Shown piece by piece: positions 14,429-24,400 of a DNA stretch of 64,000 bases. The stretch comes from Malacoraja senta (taxonomy: Eukaryota). The stretch is taken from NCBI GenBank assembly GCA_038087875.1, contig CM075995.1:5706001-5770000 (forward strand), written 5' to 3'. A program made the translations under genes and the position numbers. The notes beneath the pieces are model-generated. The model was not told the DNA's origin and ran no database searches. It worked only from the letters and a program-made list of their open reading frames with translations. Each line of letters begins with the position of its first letter. Position 1 is the stretch's first letter.

Positions 14429-16328
14429 CAGAGAGATCATATTAAGTTGTGGGCTGAGCACAACAGAAAGTAAATCTCTCATCAGCATCTCAGTGAGTCA
14501 GCAAATTGCATTTACGGTTCCCAGATGGAATTAAATCTCCTAACCAAAGCACAAGGAAGGCTGTCAAGGAGGAAAGCTGAGACAGAGGGGGAAAATTGCT
14601 TAATCCACAGTGGGCTGAATGTGCATTTTTTTAACCACATGGAGTGATTAAAATGAAATGGCATTGAATAACTAACGGAAACACAGAGAAATGTAGAAAC
14701 AAGGAACTGCAGATGCTGGTTTTAAAAAGAAAGACACACAAAGTGCTGGAGTAACTCAGAGGGTCAGGCAGCATCTTTGGAAAACATGGAGGTGTGAAGC
14801 TACTTCAGAAAGCCCCGACTCAAAACATCACGTATCCATGTTCTCCAGAAATGCTGCTTGACCCTCTGAGTTAGTTTAGTTTCAAGATACAGCGTGGAAA
14901 CAGTCCCCCTAGTGCGCGTCAACTAACGATCACTCGCGCACTCGTTCTGTGTTAGCCCCGTTTTGTGTCCTACACACCACGGGCCACTTACAGAAGCCAA
15001 TTCATCTACAAACTCACACGTCTTTGGAAAGTGGGAAGAAACCAGAGCACCCAGAGAAAATCTATGCGGTCACAGGGAGAATGCATGAACTCCGCACAGA
15101 TAGCACCCATAGTCCGGTTCGAACCCGGGTCCCCAGTGCTGCAAGACAGCATCTCTACCACTGTCTCATGCATGCTTTCAAATCCCTTCAAGTGTTCATC
15201 CAGTGCAAAGACCTGTGGGTACTAAATGTGTCCCCTTTGCACAACCCTTCTTTAAATATAGAAAAATAGTTGCAGGAATAGGCCATTCAGCCCATCGAGC
15301 CAGAACAGCCATTCAATATTATCATGGCTAATCATCTAAAATCAGTACCCCGTTCCTGCTTTCTCCCCGTATCCCTTGATTCCTTTAGCCCTCAGAGCTA
15401 AATCTAACTCTCTCTTGCAAACATCCAGTGAATTGGCCTCCACTGCCTTCCGTGGCAGAGAATTCAACAGATTCACATCTATCTGGGAGAAAATGTTTTC
15501 CCTCATCTCAGTCCTACATGGCCTTCCCCTTATTCTTAAATTGTGACCCCTGGTTCTGGACTCCCCCAACTTGGGGAACATGTCTAAAGAATATATACTT
15601 TAGAAATACAGCGTGGAAACAGGCCCTTGGGCCCACCGAGTCCATGCCAACCAGTACACTAGCACTATCCTACACACTAGGGACAATTAACAACTTCCAG
15701 AAGGCAAAGGAACCTACAAACCTCTGTGTCTTTGGAGTGTGGGAGGAAACTAGAGCACCCGGAAAAAACCCACGCAGTTACAGGAAGAACATGCAAACTC
15801 CATACAGACAGCATTGCAAATGCTACTGAAAACCTCAAACATCTCATCATCGTCCACTCACCCCACAGTTGTGCCCCTATTTGTACTGTATCAACCACAT
15901 TCTCAAAATCTGAATCCTCTCTCAAACATAGACATATACGGACTTCTATCTTTCCATCCATTTCTCATCCCTGCATCTCCCTCCCTCCTGTATGTTGCTT
16001 CACAAGTCCCCACACCCTCTGTGCATTTTGCTTTGTTGCAATAGCCAGCATGTTCATAAGTGATAGGAACAGAATTAGGCCATTCGGCCCATCAATCATG
16101 GCTGATCTATCTCTCCCTCCTTACCCCATGCTCCAGCCTTTTCCCCATAACCCCTGACACCTGTACTAATCTACAATCTATCTATCTCTACTCTGCATAG
16201 CACGGAAAATAACATACATCCTCCATTCAACTCTGTCCGTTTGTTATTTCAGTTCCCATGTTTTATTAAAGATCCTTTGATCGCAACCACATGCCCACAC
16301 AGGGAGCATTTTGAACGTGTAGACTTGC

Positions 16329-16401
16329 CTTCTCAGTAATGTAGAAGTTTCTGCTGTCCGCGTACTGCAAGGCATAGTTTTCTGGGGTCGGTAGAGACCA
16401 G
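16329..16401 (-). CDS. ELMO1: ELMO1 coding exon 3, WSLPTPENYALQYADSRNFYITEK
   Basis: 73 bp, pyrimidine tract plus AG acceptor, non-canonical donor AAG|GCAAGT. Phase fits exons 2 and 4; matches ELMO1 WSLANHEYFALQHADSSNFYITEK. Confidence 0.93.
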
Positions 16402-16501
16402 CTTAATTTAAAAAGAAAAACAAGTTAATTTCCAGAAACATTACATCAGCAAAAGAAAAAATAAAAGAATGTTCCGATCACAGAGCTTTTTCACACACCA
16501 A

Positions 16502-16737
16502 AGGGTCTGTCCCACTTGCCGATTTTTTCGGCGACTGCCGGTGTCATATCAGGGTCGCCAAAAGATTTTGAACATTTCAAAATCCAGCAGCGACAAAAAA
16601 AATGTTGCGACACTTGAAAAAACAGCGTGCGTCAATACCTCATCACGCCGTGTCTCAGCCGTGTCACGCCAGTCAATTATGACGTCAGTCAATGAAGACG
16701 GCAGTCGCCAAAAAAATCTCCAAGTGGGACAGGCCCT
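16502..16737. mobile_element. PIF/Harbinger-like MITE
   Basis: TIRs AGGGTCTGTCCCACTTG / CAAGTGGGACAGGCCCT with long internal symmetry; flanks CAA/TAA. Confidence 0.8.
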
Positions 16738-17516
16738 TAAATGTATTAGCCTGTCGTTTATTGACTCCTCTTCCCCAGCTCAGTCCTTCTGTTAGTAGAC
16801 ATGGACCTTCACCTCCCACCATCATGTGTTCTTGCATGTATAATGGTCAGATGACCTTCTTCCATAGCAGCACAATATGGCCCACAGCGGGCATCAGAAT
16901 TATACAGCAAAGAAACATGTCTTTTGACCCACCATTTCCCTGCCCACCATCAAATATTGGTTGTAGAATTCATTGGTGAGGCCGCACTTTGGACACGTAC
17001 GTAAATAGGAAATGTTTAGAGTGTTATGGGCCAAATGTAAGCAGTGGGGCTTAGAATAGTTGGGGTATTTTGGTCGGCAGCGACAAGCTGGGCCGAAAGG
17101 CCTGTTCCTGTGTGTAGGGTGCAGAATATGGGTTTGAGTTTAGTTTATTGTCACATGTACCGAGATATGAGTTTAGTTTATTGTCACATGCACACAAACC
17201 ATGCTGAATCTAAACCAAACTAAACAGCATCACAGGAACATGGGAAAATGCTGGCTCCGTGGTGTTTGCAGGTTCCTTGGCATGTGGGTTCCTGCCTCTG
17301 ATCGCTATCACCATAGTTTGAATATATTTCCAAGTAGGATTTGAACCGGACCTCTGTCAATAAAGTGCCAGCAGATATTTTTTTAATCAATAACTAAACT
17401 CTCCCAATTTCTTTGATCTAGTTCCTCAGTTAATGAATTTCGATTAGATAGTTTTTCTATCTCTAAACAATCTCTAGTAGAACCCAAAATTCTTATCTTC
17501 TCACGCACCCTCATTT

Positions 17517-18945
17517 AGAAACATAGAAAATAGGTGCAGGAGTAAGCCATTCGGCCCTTCGAGCATGGCTGATCACCCAACTCAGTATCCTGTACCTGCC
17601 TTCTCTCCATACCCCCTGATCCCTTTAGCCACAAGGGACACATCTAACTCCCTCTTAAATATAGCCAATGAACTGGCCTCAACTACCTCCTGTGGCAGAG
17701 AATTCCAGAGATTCACCACTCTCTGTGTGAAAAATGTTTTTCTCATCTCGGTCCTAAAAGACTTCCCCTTTATCCTTAAACTGTGACCCCTTGTTCTGGA
17801 CTTCTCCAACATCGGGAACAATCTTCCTGCATCTAGCCTGTCCAACCCCTTAAGAATTTTGTAAGTTTCTGTAAGATCCCCCCTCAATCTTCTAAATTCT
17901 AGCGAGTACAAGCCGAGTCTATCCAGTCTTTCTTCATATGAAAGTCCTGCCATCCCAGGAATCAGTCTGGTGAACCTTCTCTGTACTCCCTCTATGGCAG
18001 GAATGTCTTTCCTCAGATTAGGAGACCAAAACTGTACACAATACTCCAGGTGTGGTCTCATCAAGGCCCTGTACAACTGCAGTAGAACCTCCCTGCTCCT
18101 ATACTCAAATCCTTTTGCTATGAATGCTTACATACCATTCGCTTTCTTCACTGCCTGATGCACCTGCATGCCTACTTTCAATGACTGGTGTACCATGACA
18201 CCCAGGTCTCGTTGCATCTCCCCTTTTCCTAATCGGCCACCATTCAGATAATAGTCTACTTTCCTGTTCTTGCCACCAAAGTGGATAACCTCACATTTAT
18301 CCACATTATACTGCATCTGCCATGCATTTGCCCACTCACCCAGCCTATCCAAGTCACCTTGCAGCCTCCTAGCATCCTCCTCACAGCTAACACTGCCCCC
18401 CAGCTTCGTGTCTCCGCAAACTTGGAGATGTTGCATTCAATTCCCTCGTCCAAATCATTAATATATATTGTAAATAGCTGGGGTCCCAGCACTGAGCCTT
18501 GCGGTACCCCACTAGTCACTGCCTGCCATTCTGAAAAGGACCCGTTTACTCCTACTCTTTGCTTCCTGTCTGCCAGCTAGTTCTCTATCCACATCAACAC
18601 TGAACCCCCAATACCGTGTGCTTTAAGTTTGTATACTAATCTCTTATGTGGGACCTTGTCGAAAGCCTTCTGAAAGTCCAGATACACCACATCCACTGGT
18701 TCTCCCTTATCCACTCTACTAGTTACATCCTCGAAAAATTCTATAAGATTCGTCAGACGATTTACCTTTCATAAATCCATGCTGACTTTGTCCAATGATT
18801 TCACCACTTTCCAAATGTGCTGCTATCCCATCTTTAATAACTGACTCTAGCATTTTCCCCACTACCGATGTTAGACTAACTGGTCTGTAATTCCCCGTTT
18901 TCTCTCTCCCTCCCTTTTTAAAAAGTGGGGTTATATTAGCTACCC
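17517..18945 (-). mobile_element. CR1 LINE, ~1.4-kb 5'-truncated RT region
   Basis: [39 protein letters not shown] with frameshifts. Confidence 0.93.
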
Positions 18946-19056
18946 GTATTAAATGACCTCTCGAGTGGCATTCCTTGTCATAGCCAAATTATTTTCTTTC
19001 AGCGAGGGATGAACTGAGAGTCATAGATCAGACGATAAAATTGTTAAGGTACTTAC

Positions 19057-19097
19057 CCATCGCAAACTTCCCGTATGATCGAAGCCAGGGGCTTTTT
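19057..19097 (-). CDS. ELMO1: ELMO1 coding exon 2, KKPLASIIREVCDG
   Basis: 41 bp, acceptor TGCAG, donor GG|GTAAGT. In frame with exon 1 and matches ELMO1 KKPLSAIIKEVCDG. Confidence 0.95.
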
Positions 19098-19669
19098 CTG
19101 CAATGATAACAGGGAAAACGAAATCATAGTTTAAAATTTAAATGCAAATTTATGAAGTAATTACCCACACCCTCACCCTAACTTCAAACCCCATTATAGT
19201 GCATTCTAACCTCATCTTTGGCAAATTATTTCAAGCATTGTCGCCAACTTAACATTCAATAGCAATAACTCTTGAGGCTATTTGACCCACTTGAGTCGAA
19301 TTTAAAATGTTACAACAAGGAACTGCAGATGCCATGTTTATACCAAAACACAAAATGACACAAAATGCTGCAGTAACTCAGCGGGTCAGGCAGCATCTCA
19401 GGGAAAATAGATAGATGACGTTTCGGATGTGAACCTTCTACTCAAGATAGACACAAAAAGCTGGAGTAGTGCAGCGGTAGAGCTGCTGCCTTACATCGCC
19501 AGAGACCAGGGTTTGATGCTATCTACGGACGGTCTGTGCAGAGTTTGTACGTTCTCCCTGTGACCGCGTGGGTTTTCCCTGGATGCTCCGGTTTCCTCCC
19601 ACACTCCAAAGATGTAAAGGTTTGTAGGTTAATTGGCTTCAGTAAAAATTATAAATTGTCCCTAGTGTG

Positions 19670-20670
19670 TAGAAGCAATGTTACAAAATTTTGAGATCAC
19701 ATTTTTTTAAAGCATACAAAGAAGTTTAATTTGACACCTAATTCACTTTCATATCTTCAGTATTAAAAAAGTTATGGCCATTTTCATACTCGGAAATTAG
19801 CATCTTGTTCCCTATTGCTTTTCCATTGACTGAACACAAAAGCTGTGATCTAGGACAGTCAAAAGCCCATAACTTTCTTAAAAATTAAGAGAACTGAAAT
19901 AAATGTTCAGTTATTATAGATCGAAGCATTCTGAAACAAATATGAAAATCTTACTTGGATGACCTGAAATTAAAGCATATAAGTAGTTAGTTACCTAATT
20001 GTAGCTAATTACAAAATTCAATTACTAGATCTAAACATCCATCCATTTCTTAAGAAAAGATTAACATTTTTAAATAGCCTACGTGTCCAAATAACATTCA
20101 CACAAGAATTCACAATATAACATGATTTTTAAATCTCATTGTCATGAATTTATAGGCCAAATGGAAGGAATTTAGTGTTTAATTCCCGTAAATTAATGGC
20201 CATTTTAATCATCTTGCTAGTGGGATTTTGTGGAATGCGATCGATTGGAACGTTGCATTTGCGGTGAATTTAAACCCCATATCGGCAGGAAAAATACTGC
20301 CGGTTCGTATGGGGCCCAAGTCTCCTTTTCGCAACGTAAAATTTTGATTAAAGGCATCCTAAGAAGCACGTTTATATGTAAAATAAACGGCTTTCCTTTA
20401 CCTGTCCCGTACGTGAAATCCGTCCCCGTTGTCGGCGTTCACGGCATTAGAAGCTGATTTACATTTTACTCCAGCGCTGAAATTGTCCCGCAGTTAAAAA
20501 AAAAAATTCACAGGCCAGCAGTCCGAATAATTCCCGAGAAAATAAAACTCCGGCCGGCTGGAGAAAACCGCATTTTAACCCCGCCCTCCCCCCTCAAAGG
20601 GGCCAAAGTCGCGCACACGGCCAGTGACAGAACTGCAGCGCCGATGAAGGTAATTTTTCTAACATACCTA
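19670..20670. mobile_element. ~1-kb non-autonomous DNA transposon, Academ-like, nested in a SINE
   Basis: Termini TAG...CTA, imperfect TIR ATGTTACAAAATT / AATTTTTCTAACAT, 3-bp TSD GTG (19667-19669 and 20671-20673). The host SINE rejoins as CTAGTGTGCGTAGG. Confidence 0.65.
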
Positions 20671-21609
20671 GTGCGTAGGATAGTGTACGGGGATCGCTAT
20701 TTGGCATGGACTCGGTGAGCCGAAGGGCTTGTTTCCGCTCTGTTTCTCTAAATTAAACTAAAGTCAGCAGATCAGGGAATAAGGGGAGTCATGATCACAT
20801 TGAATGGCTGGCTCGAAGGGCCGAATGGCCTACTCCTGCACCTATTGTCTATTGTCAGGCAGCATCTCTAAAGAAAATGGATAGGTGACTTTTCAGGTGT
20901 CTGAACAAGGGTCCCGACCCATAACGTCATTTATTCATTTTCTCCAGATATTCCGCCTGAACCGCTGATTTACTCCAGCATTTTGTGTCTATCTTGAGTA
21001 GAAGTTAGTTCTGGGCAGTTAGCACAATCTTCATAGAAATATAGAAAAATAGGTTGAGGAGTAGGCCATTCAGCCCTTTGAGCCTGAACCGCCATTCAAT
21101 ATAATCATGGCTGATCATCTAAAATCAGTACCCCGTTCCTGCTTTTCCCCCATATCCCTTGATTCCTTTAGCCCTAAGAGCTAAATCTAACTCTCTCTTG
21201 AAAACATCCAGCGAATTGGCCTCCACTGCCTTCTGTGACAGAGAATTCCACAGATTCACAATTCTCTGGGTGAATAATTTTTCCTCATCTCAGTCCTAAA
21301 TGGCCCACCCCTTATTCTTAAACTGTGACCCTGCTTCTGGACTCCCCCAACATCGGGAACATTTTCCTGCATCTAGCCTATCCAATCCTTAAAGAATTTG
21401 ATATCTATATTACTAAAAGTCTCATCTTGACCACTTCCTGTTGCACTGTATATTGATTTTAGGAAAAACGCTGCCACTTACGGCTGTGATTTTCTGGCCA
21501 TCTTACTCAGAGTCCCCCTCCGCTGGTCAGGACAAGAGGATTTTCCCCATCGATGAAAAATAAAAGACTTATTAACGTTTAAAAAATGTTGAGATTCTAT
21601 CTCCTGAAG

Positions 21610-21748
21610 GCCACGCCCCTTCTGGAGGGACTATAAAACCCGGAAGTGTGGAGGTGCCTCAGTTCTCTACAAGATGGGGGAGCGAGAGGTCGCGATTCTC
21701 AGTCTGAGCTGTGAATAACACTGAACACATGTCTACTAAATTGTGAGT
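21610..21748 (+). promoter_or_regulatory. Pol II core-promoter-like cassette in the Helitron 5' module
   Basis: CCACGCCC (Sp/KLF), TATAAAA 21632-21638, CCGGAAGT (ETS), Inr TCAGTT with A at 21661 (29 nt from TATA), GTGAGT donor at 21743. TATA-Inr spacing is repeated at 22769/22798 and 47386/47416. Confidence 0.5.
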
Positions 21749-21789
21749 GGTTTTACTGACCTGTCAGTGCCCTTAATGTGGTTTAAAAA

Positions 21790-22515
21790 TGTAGTTTGAA
21801 AATGCAAAAGTGTGTTTTGGTTTGAAAATGCTAAAGCTGTGTTGCCTTTGGTTTGAAATGCTAAAGCTCTGTTGCCTTTGGTTTGAAAATGCTAAAGCTG
21901 CGTTGCCTTTGGTTTGAAAATGCTAAAGCTGCGTTGCCTTTGGTTTGAAAATGCTAAAGCTGCGTTGCCTTTGGTTTGAAAATGCTAAAGTTGCCTTGCC
22001 TAATTGAAAAGATGGTTTGAGAATGCTAAAGTTGCCTTGCCTAATTGAAAAGTTGGTTTGAGAATGCTAAAGTTGCCTTGCCTAATTGAAAAGTTGGTTT
22101 GAGAATGCAGAAGTTGCCTTGCCTAATTAAAAAGTTGGTTTGAGAATGCCTTGCCTAATTGAAAAGTTGGTTTGAGAATGCCTTGCCTAATTGAAAAGTT
22201 GGTTTGATAATGCTAAAGTTGCCTTGCCTAATTGAAAAGATGGTTTGGGAATGCTAAAGTTGCCTTGCCTAATTGAAAAGTTGGTTTGAGAATGCTAAAG
22301 TTGCCTTGCCTTATTGAAAAGTTGGTTTGAGAATGTTAAAGTTGCCCTGCCTAATTGAAAAGTTGGTTTGAGAATGCTAAAGTCACCTTGCCTAATTGAA
22401 AAGTTGGTTTGAGAATGCTAAAGTTGCCATGCCTAATTGAAAAGTTGGTTTGAGAATGCTAAAGTTGCCTTGCCTAATTGAAAAGTTGGTTTGAAAATGA
22501 AAAAGTTGCCTTGCC
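21790..22515 (+). repeat. Minisatellite inside the Helitron: ~31-bp units switching to ~41-bp units
   Basis: GGTTTGAAAATGCTAAAGCTGCGTTGCCTTT then GGTTTGAGAATGCTAAAGTTGCCTTGCCTAATTGAAAAGTT, with two 32-bp deletion variants. Confidence 0.95.
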
Positions 22516-22844
22516 GTCTATATAATTAAAAGTCTAATCTTGACCACTTCCTGTTTGCGCTGTATATTGATTTTAGGAAAAACGCTACCACGTACGGCTG
22601 TGATTTTTGGCCATCTTACTCAGAGCCCCCCCCCCCCTCCGCTCATCAGGTGCTGAGGATTTTTCCCATCGATGAAAAATATAAAAGTTATTAGTGTTTA
22701 AAAAATGTTGAGATTCTCTCTCCTGTCAATCACGCCACGAAGGCCATGCCCCTTCTGCTGGGAGGGACTATAAAACCTGGAAGTGTGGGCGTGGTTCAGT
22801 CTCTGCAAGAAGGGGGAGGGAGAGGTCACGACTCTCTGTCTTTA

Positions 22845-23000
22845 GTGGCCTTGCACCCTGCTATGAAACTGCATTTGAATTTGGTGGCCTTGCACCCTGC
22901 TCGAAATGGTAGGAAACTGCACTCGAATTTGGTGGCCTTGCACTCTGCTTGAAATGGTAGGAAACTGCACTCGAATTTGGTGGCCTTGCACCCTGCTCGA
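22845..23000 (+). repeat. ~48-bp tandem repeat inside the Helitron
   Basis: GTGGCCTTGCACCCTGCTCGAAATGGTAGGAAACTGCACTCGAATTTG, about 3 copies. Confidence 0.9.
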
Positions 23001-24097
23001 AGCGGCATTTCAAGGAATAGCCGTGAGTCAACAGCCAGCCCACCAGCCGTGAGTGAGTGAGCTGCCAGCACAACAGGCTTGAGTGACTGAGCCGCCAGCC
23101 CAAGAATCCATTCGGCCCACAATGTCCATACTAGCCCTCTGGAAACCAGTCCCTTCAGCCCACAACACCCATATTAGCACTCCAGAAAGCCCCCCCCCCC
23201 CCATCCCCACGGGTCGCCAATATTGGTATTGATGGAGAGGTGGAATATTGCGTTGGGGGACCAGCCCTCCCGTGTGAAGCTGGGACCCAACGGGTCCCAC
23301 TTAGTCTAGTGTTTCTATAAGATCTCCTCTCATCCTTCTAAATGCAAGTGAATACAAGCCCAGTCGACCCATTCTTTCATCATATGTCTTGATGAAAATT
23401 GTAAACTTGTAAAATTGTGACTTCAATCAGTCAGGCTGGCACTGAGGGATAGGGAGAACAAAGATATCTATCAAACATACAAGGTAGTGGCACTGATCCA
23501 CTGTGGGATGCCGTCAATTGCTTGTTTGCCTTGTTCCCTTGAGAGAGCCGTACTCTTGGGCAGCAGATAAACAGGAGTATGTGGAAAGCTCCCTGGTACT
23601 CAGGTCTTGGACACAACACATATTCCTTCTATCCGCTCCGAGATTTTGGCTCCCAACTTGGCCCAGCGAAGCTTTGGAGGAACCAAATCAAAAACATGAA
23701 ATCAGACACAAGAGACTGCAGACGCTGGAACAAAAATAAAACAAACTGCTGCAGGAACTCAAGTAGCATGGGTGGAGGCAGAGGGATGGCCAAGTTTTGG
23801 GTCGAGACTGCATCTGGACTCTCCAGCAGTTTGCCTTCAGTGTAAAATTAGTTTCACGCTTGACATCAACACTGACACCAAATCTTGTATACATTCATTT
23901 TTAAAAAAACATTATGTAAGCCACCTCAGAAGACAAGCTGTGGACAGTTCGTGAGTTCAAGCCACAGCCTAATCCACATATCCAAACATGAACACGTGCC
24001 AGGAAATAATCCTCACACAGAAATGCAAACAGAACGTTAGAATCAAGGTCGCAATCTCCCAGAGTGGCGCTGGGAACTCAGTGCGGCTTCCAGACAT

Positions 24098-24400
24098 GGG
24101 CGGCACAGTGGCGCAGGGGTAGAGTTGCTGCCTTACAGCGCCAGAGACCCAGATGCGATCCTGACTACGGGTCCTGTCTGTACGGAGTTTGTACGTTCTC
24201 CCCGTTACTTGCGTGAGTTTTCCCCTGGAGGGCCAGTTTCCTCCCACACTCCAAAGACGTACAGGTTTGTAGGTTAATTGGCTTGGTGACATTTTTAATT
24301 GTCCCTAGTGTGTGTAGGATAGTGTTAATGTGTGGGGATCGCAGGTCGGCACGGATTTGGTGGGCCGAAGGGCCTGTTTCTGCGCTGTTTCTCTATACTA
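24098..24400 (+). mobile_element. HE1-like V-SINE, listed as a representative of more than 20 copies
   Basis: Same architecture. Further copies at about 1423-1735+, 4946-5235-, 13020-13320-, 14870-15165-, 19465-20760+, 25056-25375-, 25930-26245+, 30648-30945+, 31236-31505+, 31775-32002-, 33046-33372+, 35526-36090+, 36860-37135+, 39135-39405+, 40168-40465+, 44372-44665+, 49370-50330+. Confidence 0.88.

Larger units (their letters stand above)
21404..23309 (+). mobile_element. Compound non-autonomous Helitron (two 5' modules, at 21404 and 22517) inserted in a CR1
   Basis: 5' TCTATATTACTAAAAG; 3' hairpin GGGACCC-AAC-GGGTCCC shortly before terminal CTAG. Inserted between A and T without a TSD; the host CR1 rejoins as GATA|TGTTTCTATAAG. 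Confidence 0.88.
21033..23388 (-). mobile_element. CR1 3' fragment split by the Helitron (21033-21403 and 23310-23388)
   Basis: CR1 sequence is contiguous across the Helitron insertion point. Confidence 0.85.

Noticed and set aside
21790..22515. Regular 31/41-bp repeats resembling a CRISPR array
   Set aside because: Head-to-tail units with no unique spacers and no cas genes, in a eukaryotic context inside a Helitron.
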